Positions 48,230-57,632 of a DNA stretch of 64,000 bases are shown here, one piece after another. The first letter of the stretch is position 1. Each line of letters opens with the position of its first letter. Origin of the DNA: an uncultured Candidatus Binatia bacterium (GTDB lineage: Bacteria > Desulfobacterota > Binatia > UBA9968 > JAJDTQ01); NCBI GenBank assembly GCA_965214905.1, contig OZ243984.1:3504628-3568627 (forward strand). Reading direction: 5' to 3'. The position numbers were made by a program, and so were the translations under genes. The notes under the pieces are model-generated. The model was not told the origin of the DNA. It searched no databases and was given only the letters and a program-made list of their open reading frames with translations.

Positions 48230-48656
48230 TCGGTCCTCCTTTGGCGAATTCCTGGCTTATCTGTAACAAATGTTTCGTTAACGCAAGAGTAGGGCCATCG
48301 CCGTCCGGCAATGAATTCGCACACTCATGAATTTGCCTGCGATTCTGGCGTGCTGCATGAAGAAATGGAGGAGGATCCCGGCGACCCGTGTGGAAGTCGT
48401 CAGCGAAATGACGATCGGAGAAGGACCTTTCGCCTCCGTCGGAAAAACAGCTTGCTGGTTTCCGCCGGGTTATCGCCGCCAGAAGTTTGACATGGCGCCG
48501 TCAACATCCCGGCGGTCCCGGGCGGAACCACGCACGCGAGGCGGAGCAACCCGGCCGACAGGATCAGCAGATGCTCCCCGGTTTATTCAGGACACCACAC
48601 CGGGGCCTTCGTATTCGCTTGAAAACCGTCGCTGAAGAAAGTTAATTGGTGGGATC

Positions 48657-49541
48657 GTGTCCGACGGTGAACCCACGAGCAATAGAAACCCCGCCGGCGA
48701 CGGACATCTTCCCCCCGTCCCCCTGACCCTCGAGGGCTGGAGCGTCCTGCACCAGATGTTCCGCATCCGCTGGTCGGAGTGGAACGAGATGGCCCCGGCG
48801 CCGCGTCAGCGGGCCGTCGACCAAGCCGTGGCAGCCTTGAAATCCATGGAGCACACCGCCGCCGGCCGCAGCGGACTCGTGTCGCTGCTGGGCCACAAGG
48901 GCGACCTGATGCTCATCCATTTCCGCGAATCGTTCGACGCCCTGAACGAGGCCGAGTTGGCGCTGGCCCAGCTCGATCTGGCGCCCTTCCTGGAGCAGAC
49001 CACGTCCTATCTCTCGGTGGTGGAGTTGGGGCTCTACAGCGGGTCGGGCCAGCTCTACCGTTCCCTGGGGGAGAAGGGCATGGAGCCCGACACGCCGGAA
49101 TGGAAGGAGCAGGTGGCGGCGTATCTGGCCCGGGCCCGGAAGACCATGGGAGGCCGGCTCCGGCCCGACATACCCGCCCGGCGCTACGTATGCTTCTACC
49201 CCATGGACAAGAAGCGCGGCGAGGAGAAAAATTGGTACGATGCCCCATTCGCGGAGCGGCAGCGGATGATGCAGGACCACGGCTTCATCGGCCGGGGCTA
49301 CGCCGGCCGGGTGACTCAGATCATCTCGGGCTCCATCGGCTTCGACGACTGGGAGTGGGGCGTGGACCTCTTCGCCGACGACCCGGTGGTGTTCAAGAAG
49401 CTGGTCTACGAGATGCGCTTCGACGAGGCCAGCGCCCTCTACGGCCTGTTCGGCCCGTTCTACATGGGACTCCGGTTCCGGGCGGAGGAGCTGGGTGCGT
49501 TGCTGGAAGGCCGGACGCCGGGGTTTCCGGGAGGCGGATAG
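48657..49541 (+). CDS. Chlorite dismutase family protein (Cld/HemQ-like heme-dependent enzyme)
   Basis: ...LTLEGWSVLHQMFRIRW..., ...YVCFYPMDKKR... and ...WEWGVDLFADDP... motifs. GTG start. Confidence 0.7.
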   Translation: MSDGEPTSNRNPAGDGHLPPVPLTLEGWSVLHQMFRIRWSEWNEMAPAPRQRAVDQAVAALKSMEHTAAGRSGLVSLLGHKGDLMLIHFRESFDALNEAELALAQLDLAPFLEQTTSYLSVVELGLYSGSGQLYRSLGEKGMEPDTPEWKEQVAAYLARARKTMGGRLRPDIPARRYVCFYPMDKKRGEEKNWYDAPFAERQRMMQDHGFIGRGYAGRVTQIISGSIGFDDWEWGVDLFADDPVVFKKLVYEMRFDEASALYGLFGPFYMGLRFRAEELGALLEGRTPGFPGGG

Positions 49542-49604
49542 CGGTATGGCAAGGTTTCGCCGATCGCGAGGCAATCTTCGGATGTCGAGTCGCGACTTGT
49601 CCCC

Positions 49605-50648
49605 TCAGAACTCCATCCCGATGCCCTTGGCGCTGGCGCGGGCGAAGATCCGGCTGGCGATGGCGACGTCGGCGACGCCCTGTCCGGCGTTGTTCTTGAA
49701 CAGGGTGATCTGGTCCCGGGCGGTGCGGCCGGGTATCCGTCCTGTGAGGAGATCGCTCAGGTTGCCGACCTGATCCCATTGCAGCAACCCCCTCTCCACG
49801 GGCTCGTAGAAGTCTCCCTGCTGATCCTGGATGGCTTGCTCGCGGGAGTTGGCGACGAGGACGTCGGCTCGGCGCACGGTGGCGTCGTCGATCTCGCGGC
49901 GTCTGTGCTTGATGAGGCCGGCGTTCATGAGGCCGATGTTGCCGCCGACGATGGAGGTGACGTGGACGCCGGGCTCCAGCCAGGAGCCGTCGAATACCGG
50001 GACGTTGGAGTTGGTGGCGGTGAGGACCACGTCGACGCCCTGGACGGCCTCCCGTGCGCTGGCCACCGGGACGAGTTCGCATGAAACCAGCGGTTGCATC
50101 TCCCGGCAGAAGGCGGCCCGTGTTTCCGGGGTGCGGCAGAAGATCCGGACCTTCTTGAAGGAGCGTATGGCGGTGAAGGCCAGCAGGTGATACCGGGCTT
50201 CGGCGCCGGCGCCGAGCAGGCCCAGAACCGCGGCGTCCTCGCGCGCCAGGTGGCGGGTTCCCACCGCGCTGGTGGCCGAGGTGCGCAATTGAGTGGCCCG
50301 GGTGGCCGGTGCGCCCTTCACGCCGAAGCGCCCCGCCAAAACGCCCTTGAGGGAGGCGTCCCGGGTGTCGAAGAGCACCACGCACGGACGGCCCATGTGG
50401 TGGTAGGTCTGGTTCCCCGTGGACGTGGCCACGAACTCGGAGTGCGCCAGGACGCCGATGCCGCCCAGGCTGGGCACGCCGCCGGGATGCACGCTGACCC
50501 GGGCTCCTTCCCGGGTCATGACCCGGCGGCGCGGAGCATTGAGCTCCGGGTTGCCACCCAGCTCCCGGAAGCCCGCTTCTACCGCATCGATGGCTTCTTC
50601 CATGGTGATGATATCGGCTGCGTCTTCCGCTCGAATCAACAGCGCCAC
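49605..50648 (-). CDS. Ornithine cyclodeaminase / mu-crystallin family protein
   Basis: Rossmann motif GLLGAGAEARYHLLAF and an OCD-like N-terminus. GTG start with an AAGGACGGG RBS. Confidence 0.8.
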   Translation of the reverse strand: MALLIRAEDAADIITMEEAIDAVEAGFRELGGNPELNAPRRRVMTREGARVSVHPGGVPSLGGIGVLAHSEFVATSTGNQTYHHMGRPCVVLFDTRDASLKGVLAGRFGVKGAPATRATQLRTSATSAVGTRHLAREDAAVLGLLGAGAEARYHLLAFTAIRSFKKVRIFCRTPETRAAFCREMQPLVSCELVPVASAREAVQGVDVVLTATNSNVPVFDGSWLEPGVHVTSIVGGNIGLMNAGLIKHRRREIDDATVRRADVLVANSREQAIQDQQGDFYEPVERGLLQWDQVGNLSDLLTGRIPGRTARDQITLFKNNAGQGVADVAIASRIFARASAKGIGMEF

Positions 50649-50690
50649 GTTCTTCCCGTCCTTTCGATCGTCGCCGCGTCCGACTGGAGG

Positions 50691-51908
50691 CTATGCCGCG
50701 GCCGGCGCGGTCCTGGGGATGGCCCGCTCGTCGATGGGCCAGTGTAGCACCGCCGCCGCCACGCCGAGGCCCGCGCCGGTCCACCAGATGATGTCATAGG
50801 ACCCGGTGTAGTCGAACAGCACGCCGCCCAGCCAGATGCCGATGAAGCTGCCGATCTGGTGGTCCAGGAACACGATGCCGTAGAGCATGGCCATGTAGCG
50901 GGTGCCGAAGACCTGGGCCACGATGCCGCTGGTGAGGGGGATCGTGCTCAGGAACAGCAGGCCCATGAGCGACGAGAACACCACGACGCTGAGCGGCGTC
51001 ATGGGGAGCAGGAAGAAACCGGCCATGACCACGGCGCGCCCGAAGTAGATGAGGCTCAACAGGTTCTTCTTGCTGTAGCGGTTGCCGAGGGCGCCGGCGG
51101 CAAGACACCCGACGACGTTGAACAGTCCGAGGAGCGAGATGGCGGTGGCGCCCAGGGCGGGAGACAGCCCGTTGTCCAGGAGCAGCGGGGGCAGGTGGTG
51201 GGCAATGAACAGGGTTTGGAAGCCGCAGACGAAGAACCCCGCGGTCAGCAACAGATACCCCGTATGGCGCCGGGCCTCCCTCAGAGCCTGCCACAAGGTT
51301 TGGTCCGCCTGCGCCGCGCCCGCTGCCGGAGCCTTCTCGGCCAGCGCCGCGGACAGCGGGACAATCAGCGCGGCCGTGGCCGCCAGCAACACCAGGGCGT
51401 TCACCCACCCGTAGGACGAGAGAAGGACTTGCGCGAAGGGCACCACCAGGAACTGTCCGGAAGAGCCGCCGGCGCTGCCGATGCCGAGGTACAGACTGCG
51501 CCGTTTCGGCGGCGCGCTGCGGCCGATGACGGCGAGCACCATGGAGAAGCTGGTGCCGCTCATGGCCACGCCGGTGAGAAGGGCGGTGCTGAAGGTCATG
51601 CTCCACGGGTCCGTGGACACGGACATGAGATAGAGTCCGGCTGCGTAGGTCAGAGCGCTCAGGGACACGACCTTGGCGGAGCCGTAGCGGTCGGCCAACC
51701 CGCCCAGAACCGGTTGCGCCAGCCCCCAGACGAGGCTCTGGAGCGCCACGGCGAAGGAGAAAATCCCCCGCGGCCAGCCCAGGGTCTCGCTGATAGGGGT
51801 TTGGAACAGTCCGTAGGTCTGGCGGATGCCGAAGGCCAGCGTCATGACCAGGGTGCCGCAGATCAGTACGACCACGGGTGTGCGCCAGGACTGTTGCATG
51901 AGTGTCAT
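50691..51908 (-). CDS. MFS transporter
   Basis: 12 TM segments and the ...GGLADRYGSAKVV... motif. Confidence 0.8.
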   Translation of the reverse strand: MTLMQQSWRTPVVVLICGTLVMTLAFGIRQTYGLFQTPISETLGWPRGIFSFAVALQSLVWGLAQPVLGGLADRYGSAKVVSLSALTYAAGLYLMSVSTDPWSMTFSTALLTGVAMSGTSFSMVLAVIGRSAPPKRRSLYLGIGSAGGSSGQFLVVPFAQVLLSSYGWVNALVLLAATAALIVPLSAALAEKAPAAGAAQADQTLWQALREARRHTGYLLLTAGFFVCGFQTLFIAHHLPPLLLDNGLSPALGATAISLLGLFNVVGCLAAGALGNRYSKKNLLSLIYFGRAVVMAGFFLLPMTPLSVVVFSSLMGLLFLSTIPLTSGIVAQVFGTRYMAMLYGIVFLDHQIGSFIGIWLGGVLFDYTGSYDIIWWTGAGLGVAAAVLHWPIDERAIPRTAPAAA

Positions 51909-52037
51909 GAGTCATAGAGGGTGCGGGCAATCCAGTCAAGGTGCCTTGGCCGCGCGGGCGAGGGTGACAAGGGGCGGCGCATGGGGCATAAAGGCTCCAC
52001 CGCCTTCGAGCGGGAACCGACCAGCGGAGGTTGTTCG

Positions 52038-52934
52038 ATGGTTTTCAGGATCGGCACAGCGGACACCGGCGGTACTTTCGACACCCAGGGCACGGCTATT
52101 GCCGAGGTGTTCAACCAGTCTCGTCCGCCGGAGGAACGCTGTGAGCTCACCCGAAGCTCGGCAAGCATCGACAACGCCAACCGGCTGGACCGGGGTGAGA
52201 TCGAGTTCGGCTTCATGGCTTCCAACTGGGTCCCCCGGGCAGCTCGGGGAACGGCGCCCTTCGACCATCCCATCGGACTGCGCATGGCGTCGCCGGCCAA
52301 TGCCGGCCCGATATTCTTCGTCACGCTGGCCGATACGCCCATGGACAACATCGGCGAGCTCGCCGGCAAACGGGTGGCGGTGGGGGCCCGGGACAGCGGC
52401 ATGACCCAGCACGTCCACACCCTTTGCGACGCCCTGGGCATTCCCTTCTCGGACTTCACCCCGGTCTATCTGGGTTTCCCCGAAGGGGCCGACGCGTTGG
52501 TGGCGGGAGAGGTCGACGTCCAGTTCCAGTGCCCGGTCCCCAACGCGGTGATGACGGACCTGAGCCGGCGGGCCCGGGTCAAGGTGGTCCCGTACCGGGA
52601 GGATCAGATCGAGCAGGTGTCGTCGAAGGTATTCTTCTACCGGCGGGTGCTGATGCGCCGGGGCGTATTCCGGGGAGTGGATGACGACATTCCCCAACTC
52701 GCGGTGCTCAACGTTCTGGTGACCCACGAGCGCGTGGACGAGGAGATCGTCCATTCCCTGGTATCCGCGTTGGTGGAGAACACCGGGCCGCTGGCGCGGC
52801 TCAACCCCTTGTTCGAAGGTCTCGCCGACCTGTACGAACCGCTGCGGAGCCGGGGGCCGGAGGCGTTGGAACTCGATGGAGCGCCGCTGCATCCAGGCGC
52901 CTTGAGGGCGTACCGGGATGCGGGCTATCTTTAG
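52038..52934 (+). CDS. TAXI-family TRAP transporter solute receptor-like protein
   Basis: ...GTADTGGTFDTQGTAIAEV...FGFMASNW... TAXI pattern. GGAGG RBS. No obvious signal peptide and no adjacent permease. Confidence 0.65.
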   Translation: MVFRIGTADTGGTFDTQGTAIAEVFNQSRPPEERCELTRSSASIDNANRLDRGEIEFGFMASNWVPRAARGTAPFDHPIGLRMASPANAGPIFFVTLADTPMDNIGELAGKRVAVGARDSGMTQHVHTLCDALGIPFSDFTPVYLGFPEGADALVAGEVDVQFQCPVPNAVMTDLSRRARVKVVPYREDQIEQVSSKVFFYRRVLMRRGVFRGVDDDIPQLAVLNVLVTHERVDEEIVHSLVSALVENTGPLARLNPLFEGLADLYEPLRSRGPEALELDGAPLHPGALRAYRDAGYL

Positions 52935-52961
52935 TGGGGCAGGCCCGTATCCGGGCCAGGA

Positions 52962-53056
52962 GCCGGTATCGGGCGGTAGCGCGACGCGGGCACGGACGGG
53001 ATTGAAACCCGCCCGTGCATCGGGCGTCCGAGTTCTACGGCGCAGGCTGCTACGAT
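52962..53056. repeat. Composite REP/MITE-like element (CAGGAGCCGGTATCGGGCGGTAGCGCGACGCGGGCACGGACGGGATTGAAACCCGCCCGTGC...GTTCTACGGCGCAGGCTGCTACG)
   Basis: It lies between convergent gene ends. Confidence 0.7.
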
Positions 53057-54423
53057 GCGGCTTTGCCGGCCATCGCCGCCGCTTGCTGACCGCGCCGCTC
53101 CAGGTAGTCCCTGGCGATGTCCGGAAACAGCGTGTAGGAGAGCAGGTCTTCCTCGGTGGCGGCGAGGTCGCCGATCTCCTTGCGGGCTTCCTCCATCCTG
53201 GGCTTCAGCAGATCGGCGGGACGGCAGCGGATGGGATCCTTTTTTCCCAGGACCATGGCCTTGATCTCTTCGCTCACCGCGCCCGGCGGCTGGCCGTAGT
53301 GCCCCATGACGTAGTTGCGCACTTCCATGGTCACGACGCCGTAGCGCTTTCCGGTGAGGACGTTCAGCGTCGCCTGGGAGCCCACGATCTGGCTGGTGGG
53401 GGTCACCAGCGGGGGATAGCCGAGGTCCTGCCGTACCGTCTGCACTTCCTGGAGCACCTCATCCAGCCGGTTCTCGGCGTTCTGTTGACGCAATTGGGTC
53501 ACCAGGTTCGAGAGCATGCCGCCCGGAATCTGTGACTCGACGATGTCGGCATTGACCCGGTTGCTGATGGGACTCTCGAAGTCACTGTATCGGTTGCGTA
53601 CCTCGGTGAAATAGTGCGCGATGCCGTGCAACGGCTGCAGGTCGAGGCCGGTGTCGTAGGGGGTTCCCTTGAGGGCCACCACCATGGCCTCGGTGGCCGG
53701 CTGGGAGGTGCCGTGGGATAACGTGGAGATGGCGGTATCGATGATGTCCACCCCGGCTTCCACGGCCATGATGTAGGACATGTGGGCCATGCCGGTGGTG
53801 CAGTGGGAGTGCAGGTGGACGGGGATGTCGAAGCGCTTCTTCAACGCGCCGATGAGGTCGTAGGCCACGTACGGCGACAGCAGGCCGGCCATGTCCTTCA
53901 CGGCCAGCACGTCGGTGCCGGCGTCCACGAGCTGTTCGGCGAAGTCGACGAAGTATTGCAGCGAGTGGACCGGGCTGATGGTGTACGATACCGCGGCCTC
54001 CAGGATCTTTCCGGTGCGCTTTACCGTGTCCATGGAGGTCTTGATGTTGCGGATGTCGTTCATGGCGTCGAAGATCCGGAACACGTCGATGCCGTTATCC
54101 GCGGACTTTGCGATGAAGGACTCGACGGCGTCATCCGGGTAGTTGCGGTACCCGACGATGTTCTGCCCCCGTAGCAACATCTGGAGCCGGGTATCGGGCA
54201 TGGCCTCCCGGATCAACCTCAATCGGTCCCAGGGGTCCTCGTTCAGATACCGGAGGCAGGCGTCGAACGTGGCGCCGCCCCACATCTCTACCGACCAGAA
54301 GCCGATCTTGTCGAGATCCTGGGCGACGGGCAACATGTCCTCCGTGCGCATGCGCGTGGCCAGCAGCGACTGGTGTGCGTCTCTCAGCACGGTTTCGGTG
54401 ATCCCGACCTTCTTGCCTTCCAT
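53050..54423 (-). CDS. Carboxyltransferase subunit (pyruvate carboxylase subunit B / oxaloacetate decarboxylase alpha-like). No biotinyl domain is present.
   Basis: ...ETVLRDAHQSLLATRMRTEDM... TIM-barrel HMGL-like domain plus the conserved carboxyltransferase C-terminus. It ends without an AMKM biotin motif. Confidence 0.8.
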   Translation of the reverse strand: MEGKKVGITETVLRDAHQSLLATRMRTEDMLPVAQDLDKIGFWSVEMWGGATFDACLRYLNEDPWDRLRLIREAMPDTRLQMLLRGQNIVGYRNYPDDAVESFIAKSADNGIDVFRIFDAMNDIRNIKTSMDTVKRTGKILEAAVSYTISPVHSLQYFVDFAEQLVDAGTDVLAVKDMAGLLSPYVAYDLIGALKKRFDIPVHLHSHCTTGMAHMSYIMAVEAGVDIIDTAISTLSHGTSQPATEAMVVALKGTPYDTGLDLQPLHGIAHYFTEVRNRYSDFESPISNRVNADIVESQIPGGMLSNLVTQLRQQNAENRLDEVLQEVQTVRQDLGYPPLVTPTSQIVGSQATLNVLTGKRYGVVTMEVRNYVMGHYGQPPGAVSEEIKAMVLGKKDPIRCRPADLLKPRMEEARKEIGDLAATEEDLLSYTLFPDIARDYLERRGQQAAAMAGKAAS

Positions 54424-54567
54424 CAGGTTCTCCTAATTTGCGATTGGTGAGGGATGCGGTATTTGGACCGCGATGATATTGACCCGACAGAATAGGGAAT
54501 CGCGGTCGTATATGCAAGCAAAATCGCGCCTGTGCGCATCTTTTCGGACGGAAACGGCGGCCGCGGG

Positions 54568-56055
54568 TCAGGCGGCCTCGCTCTTTGCCGGAGTGTCCCG
54601 GCCGGACGGAGGCTCACGGCCGGCGGCGGATTGCAGGTAGATGGAGACGCGGGTGCCTTTTCCCAACTGGCTCTCGATCTTCAGATCGCCGCCGTGGGCC
54701 TGGGCGATGTGCTTGACGATGGCGAGGCCGAGGCCGGTTCCGCCCAGCTCCCGGGACCGCGCCTTGTCCACGCGGTAGAATCGTTCGGTGAGCCGGGGCA
54801 GGTCCTTGTCCGGGATGCCGCAGCCGGTATCCGACACGGTCAACGCCACCCGGGGCGCCCCATCGCCGTTCGACTTCGGCTCGAAGCCTGCACGGACCAG
54901 CACCTCGCCGCGGTCGGGGGTGTACTTGAGGGCATTATCGATAAGATTGATGAGCAACTGCTGCAAGCGATCTTCGTCTCCCAGGATATCCGGCGTACCG
55001 GTGTCCACCTCGGCGCGGATACGGATGCGTTTCTTGCCGGCCTGATCGCGAAACAACTCCAGCATGCGTTCCAACAGCGGCTTCGTCGCCACCTGCTGCA
55101 TCCTCACGTTGACGTTGCCCATCTCCAGGTCCGACAGGGCGAGCAGATCGTCGATGAGCCGGCCCAGACGCTCGGAGTGGCGCGTGACGACGTTGAGGAA
55201 CTGCCGCGCCGTTCGCGGGTCGTCGGGCGGGTTGTGCAACAGCGTCTCGGCATAGCCCTGTATGGCCGTCAGCGGCGTGCGCATCTCATGGGAGACGTTG
55301 GCGACGAAATCGGCGCGGATCTGTTCGAGCCGCTTCAACTCGGTGACCTCGTGGAACACGAGCACGTAACCCAGGAGGGCTTGCGGCGAGTGCTCCAGCC
55401 GCGCGGCGTTGACCGCGAACCAGCGGTCGTCCCCGAGGGTCATCTCCCGATGGAGCGCATCGCGGCCGCTTTCTCCTTCCACCACTTCGCGAATGAGGGT
55501 CTGCATCTCCGGATGGCGTGAGACCTCGACGCTGGACATGCGGCGGACACGGGTGTCCGCGGGCAGGTCGAACATCATCCGAGCCATCTGGTTCACGAGG
55601 ATGACCTGGCCGTGGATGTCCAGCACGATCACGCCTTCCATCATGCAACTCAGGATGGACTGGAGCTTCTCCCTCTCCGCCGTCATGTCCTGAAGGCGGC
55701 CGTTCAGCGTGTGAGCCAACTCGTTGAGGCCCTCCTCCAACGCTCCCAACTCATCCCGGCGTCGTACCGGAAGCACCTTGTCGGACGGAGTTTCGAGGCT
55801 GGCCTTGCGGCAGAAAGCCACCATGTCGGCGACGCGGGTTCGTCCTCGTCGGAGCCACACGGCCGCCGCCAGGAGTCCGACCGGAACGGCCAACCACAGG
55901 GCGCTCGGCAACCAGGCCGCGGCGGCGTTCCGGGATGCTTCGGCCGGCTGCGAGTTCGCGTATTGAGAATGGATGAAGGCCAGGACCAGGAGAGTGAGGG
56001 GGAGGTAGCCAAGACACCACCTGGCCAGCACGCTATGTCTCCAGGGATCTTTCAT
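54568..56055 (-). CDS. phoR: Phosphate regulon sensor histidine kinase
   Basis: TM, HAMP, PAS, HisKA (SHEMRTPLT) and HATPase_c (GGTGLGLAIVKH) domains. ATGA overlap with phoB. Confidence 0.8.
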   Translation of the reverse strand: MKDPWRHSVLARWCLGYLPLTLLVLAFIHSQYANSQPAEASRNAAAAWLPSALWLAVPVGLLAAAVWLRRGRTRVADMVAFCRKASLETPSDKVLPVRRRDELGALEEGLNELAHTLNGRLQDMTAEREKLQSILSCMMEGVIVLDIHGQVILVNQMARMMFDLPADTRVRRMSSVEVSRHPEMQTLIREVVEGESGRDALHREMTLGDDRWFAVNAARLEHSPQALLGYVLVFHEVTELKRLEQIRADFVANVSHEMRTPLTAIQGYAETLLHNPPDDPRTARQFLNVVTRHSERLGRLIDDLLALSDLEMGNVNVRMQQVATKPLLERMLELFRDQAGKKRIRIRAEVDTGTPDILGDEDRLQQLLINLIDNALKYTPDRGEVLVRAGFEPKSNGDGAPRVALTVSDTGCGIPDKDLPRLTERFYRVDKARSRELGGTGLGLAIVKHIAQAHGGDLKIESQLGKGTRVSIYLQSAAGREPPSGRDTPAKSEAA

Positions 56056-56743
56056 CCAGTTTGTAGCCTACGCCGCGTACCGTGACGATCCACCCGGGAT
56101 TCCGGTCATGGTGTTCCAGGGCTTCCCGGATCCTTCGGATGTGGACATCCACCGTACGAGGCGTCACATACACGTCGGAGCGCCATACGCCATCGAGAAT
56201 CTGGTCCCGGCTCAGCACCCGGTTGCGATTCTGAATCAGAAACCGGAGAACTTCAAACCCTTTGAGGGTGAGCCTGACCGGCCTCCCCCCGACCTGCACC
56301 TCGTAGGTCGTGAAGTCGACCTTCAGGGGGCCCTTCTCGTAGATCTCGGCCAGGTCGGGCGAAGCCGGAGACTCGGTTCGCCGCAGCACCGCCTTGACCC
56401 GCGCCACCATCTCCCTGGGGCTGAAGGGTTTCGTGATGTAGTCGTCCGCCCCCAGTTCCAGGCCCACCACGCGGTCGGCTTCCCCTGCCTTTGCGGTGAG
56501 CATGAGGATCGGCGTTTGGGCGGTTTCGGGGGTTTGCCGGATGATCTTGCAGAACTCGAGGCCGGAGAGGCCGGGCAACATCAGGTCGAGCACGATGAGG
56601 CGTGGCGTCTCCTTCCGCACCAGGTCCAGAGCGTCTTCACCGTTCTCGGCTTCCAGCACCCGAAAACGCTCCTGATGCAGATGGTACGAAACCAGCCTGC
56701 GTATGTCCTCCTCGTCCTCGACGACGAGGATTTTGTCGGCCAT
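56033..56743 (-). CDS. phoB: Phosphate regulon response regulator (OmpR/PhoB family)
   Basis: Receiver domain (DLMLPGLSG...MLTAK) plus winged-helix domain (RTVDVHIRRIREAL). GGGAG RBS. Confidence 0.85.
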   Translation of the reverse strand: MADKILVVEDEEDIRRLVSYHLHQERFRVLEAENGEDALDLVRKETPRLIVLDLMLPGLSGLEFCKIIRQTPETAQTPILMLTAKAGEADRVVGLELGADDYITKPFSPREMVARVKAVLRRTESPASPDLAEIYEKGPLKVDFTTYEVQVGGRPVRLTLKGFEVLRFLIQNRNRVLSRDQILDGVWRSDVYVTPRTVDVHIRRIREALEHHDRNPGWIVTVRGVGYKLDERSLET

Positions 56744-56761
56744 GAGGCTCCCGTGCTTCGT

Positions 56762-57448
56762 TCAGATGAACCGAGGCACTTCCTTGACGTGGCGAATGCT
56801 GGTCCCCTTGACCAGGAATACGACCATTTCCGCGATGTTGGTGGCATGGTCCGCGATTCGTTCCAGGTATTTCGAAACGAAAGTGATCTTCATGGCGCGG
56901 TTGATGGTCCTGGGCTCGCTGATCATGTACGAGACCGTCTCGCGGAAGATCTGCTCGTTCAGGTCGTCGATCTCCTGGTCGTCCTGGCAGACCTTGAGCG
57001 CCAACGAGGTGTCCTCGTGCACGAAGGCGTTCAGGCTTTCCGATATCATCCGCCGGGAGATTTCGGCCATGCGCGGTATGTCGATGTAGGGTTTGAGCGG
57101 GGCCTCGCGGATCAACTCGATTGAACGCTCGGAAATATTCACCGAGATGTCGCCGATGCGTTCCAGGTCCGTCGTGATCTTGAGCGCCGTCGTCACGAAC
57201 CGAAGGTCCTTGGCCGTGGGCTGGTGCAGGGCGATCAGGCGCACGCACAACTCGTCGATGTCGGCGTCCATCCGGTTGACCTCGGCATCTCTTTCGATGA
57301 CGGCTTCGGCGAGCGCTGCTTCGCGTTCCACCAGCGCCTTGATGGATCGGTCGATCTGGTCCTCCACCAGGCCGCCCATCTGTATGATCCTGTCGCGGAG
57401 CGACTTGAGCTCTTCCTCGTATTTCCGATCGGTGTGTTCAGGGCGCAT
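56762..57448 (-). CDS. phoU: Phosphate signalling complex protein PhoU
   Basis: Duplicated PhoU helices (...DLERIGD..., ...YLERIADHATNIAE). Confidence 0.9.
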   Translation of the reverse strand: MRPEHTDRKYEEELKSLRDRIIQMGGLVEDQIDRSIKALVEREAALAEAVIERDAEVNRMDADIDELCVRLIALHQPTAKDLRFVTTALKITTDLERIGDISVNISERSIELIREAPLKPYIDIPRMAEISRRMISESLNAFVHEDTSLALKVCQDDQEIDDLNEQIFRETVSYMISEPRTINRAMKITFVSKYLERIADHATNIAEMVVFLVKGTSIRHVKEVPRFI

Positions 57449-57478
57449 GGGCGGCCTCGCGGGTATGGCAACGCCGAT

Positions 57479-57524
57479 TGTCACGGATACAGGTCGCCAC
57501 ACGATGTCGGTGGTTCGTGTGACG
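57479..57524. promoter_or_regulatory. Nested palindrome upstream of phoU (TGTCAC...CACACGA-N10-TCGTGTG...GTGACG); a candidate operator
   Basis: Seen directly about 30-75 bp upstream of the phoU ATG. It does not fit the E. coli Pho-box repeat geometry. Confidence 0.25.
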
Positions 57525-57555
57525 TTACCATTACAATCGCATTAAATTCAAAGAT

Positions 57556-57632
57556 CTACGGGGTTGCAGGGGCGGGTTTCCAACCCGCCCCTGCAACCCG
57601 TTCATCCCCGTTCTACGGCGCCGGCTCCTAGT
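57556..57632. repeat. REP/MITE-like element with a perfect 38-bp palindrome (GGGTTGCAGGGGCGGGTTTCCAACCCGCCCCTGCAACCC) followed by GTTCTACGGCGCCGGCTCCTAG
   Basis: Seen directly. Located between the rng stop and the phoU promoter region. Confidence 0.75.

Noticed and set aside
48230-48656. Sigma-54 promoter (-24 GG / -12 GC) search upstream of the Cld-like gene
   Set aside because: Candidate strings (TGGCGTGCTGCAT, TGGCGCCGTCAACATCC) have the wrong spacing or lack the -12 GC. There is no defensible call.
49393-51939. 463-aa and 381-aa minus-strand ORFs and a 352-aa plus-strand ORF
   Set aside because: They overlap the OCD and MFS genes out of frame and are Arg/Gly/Pro-rich artefacts.
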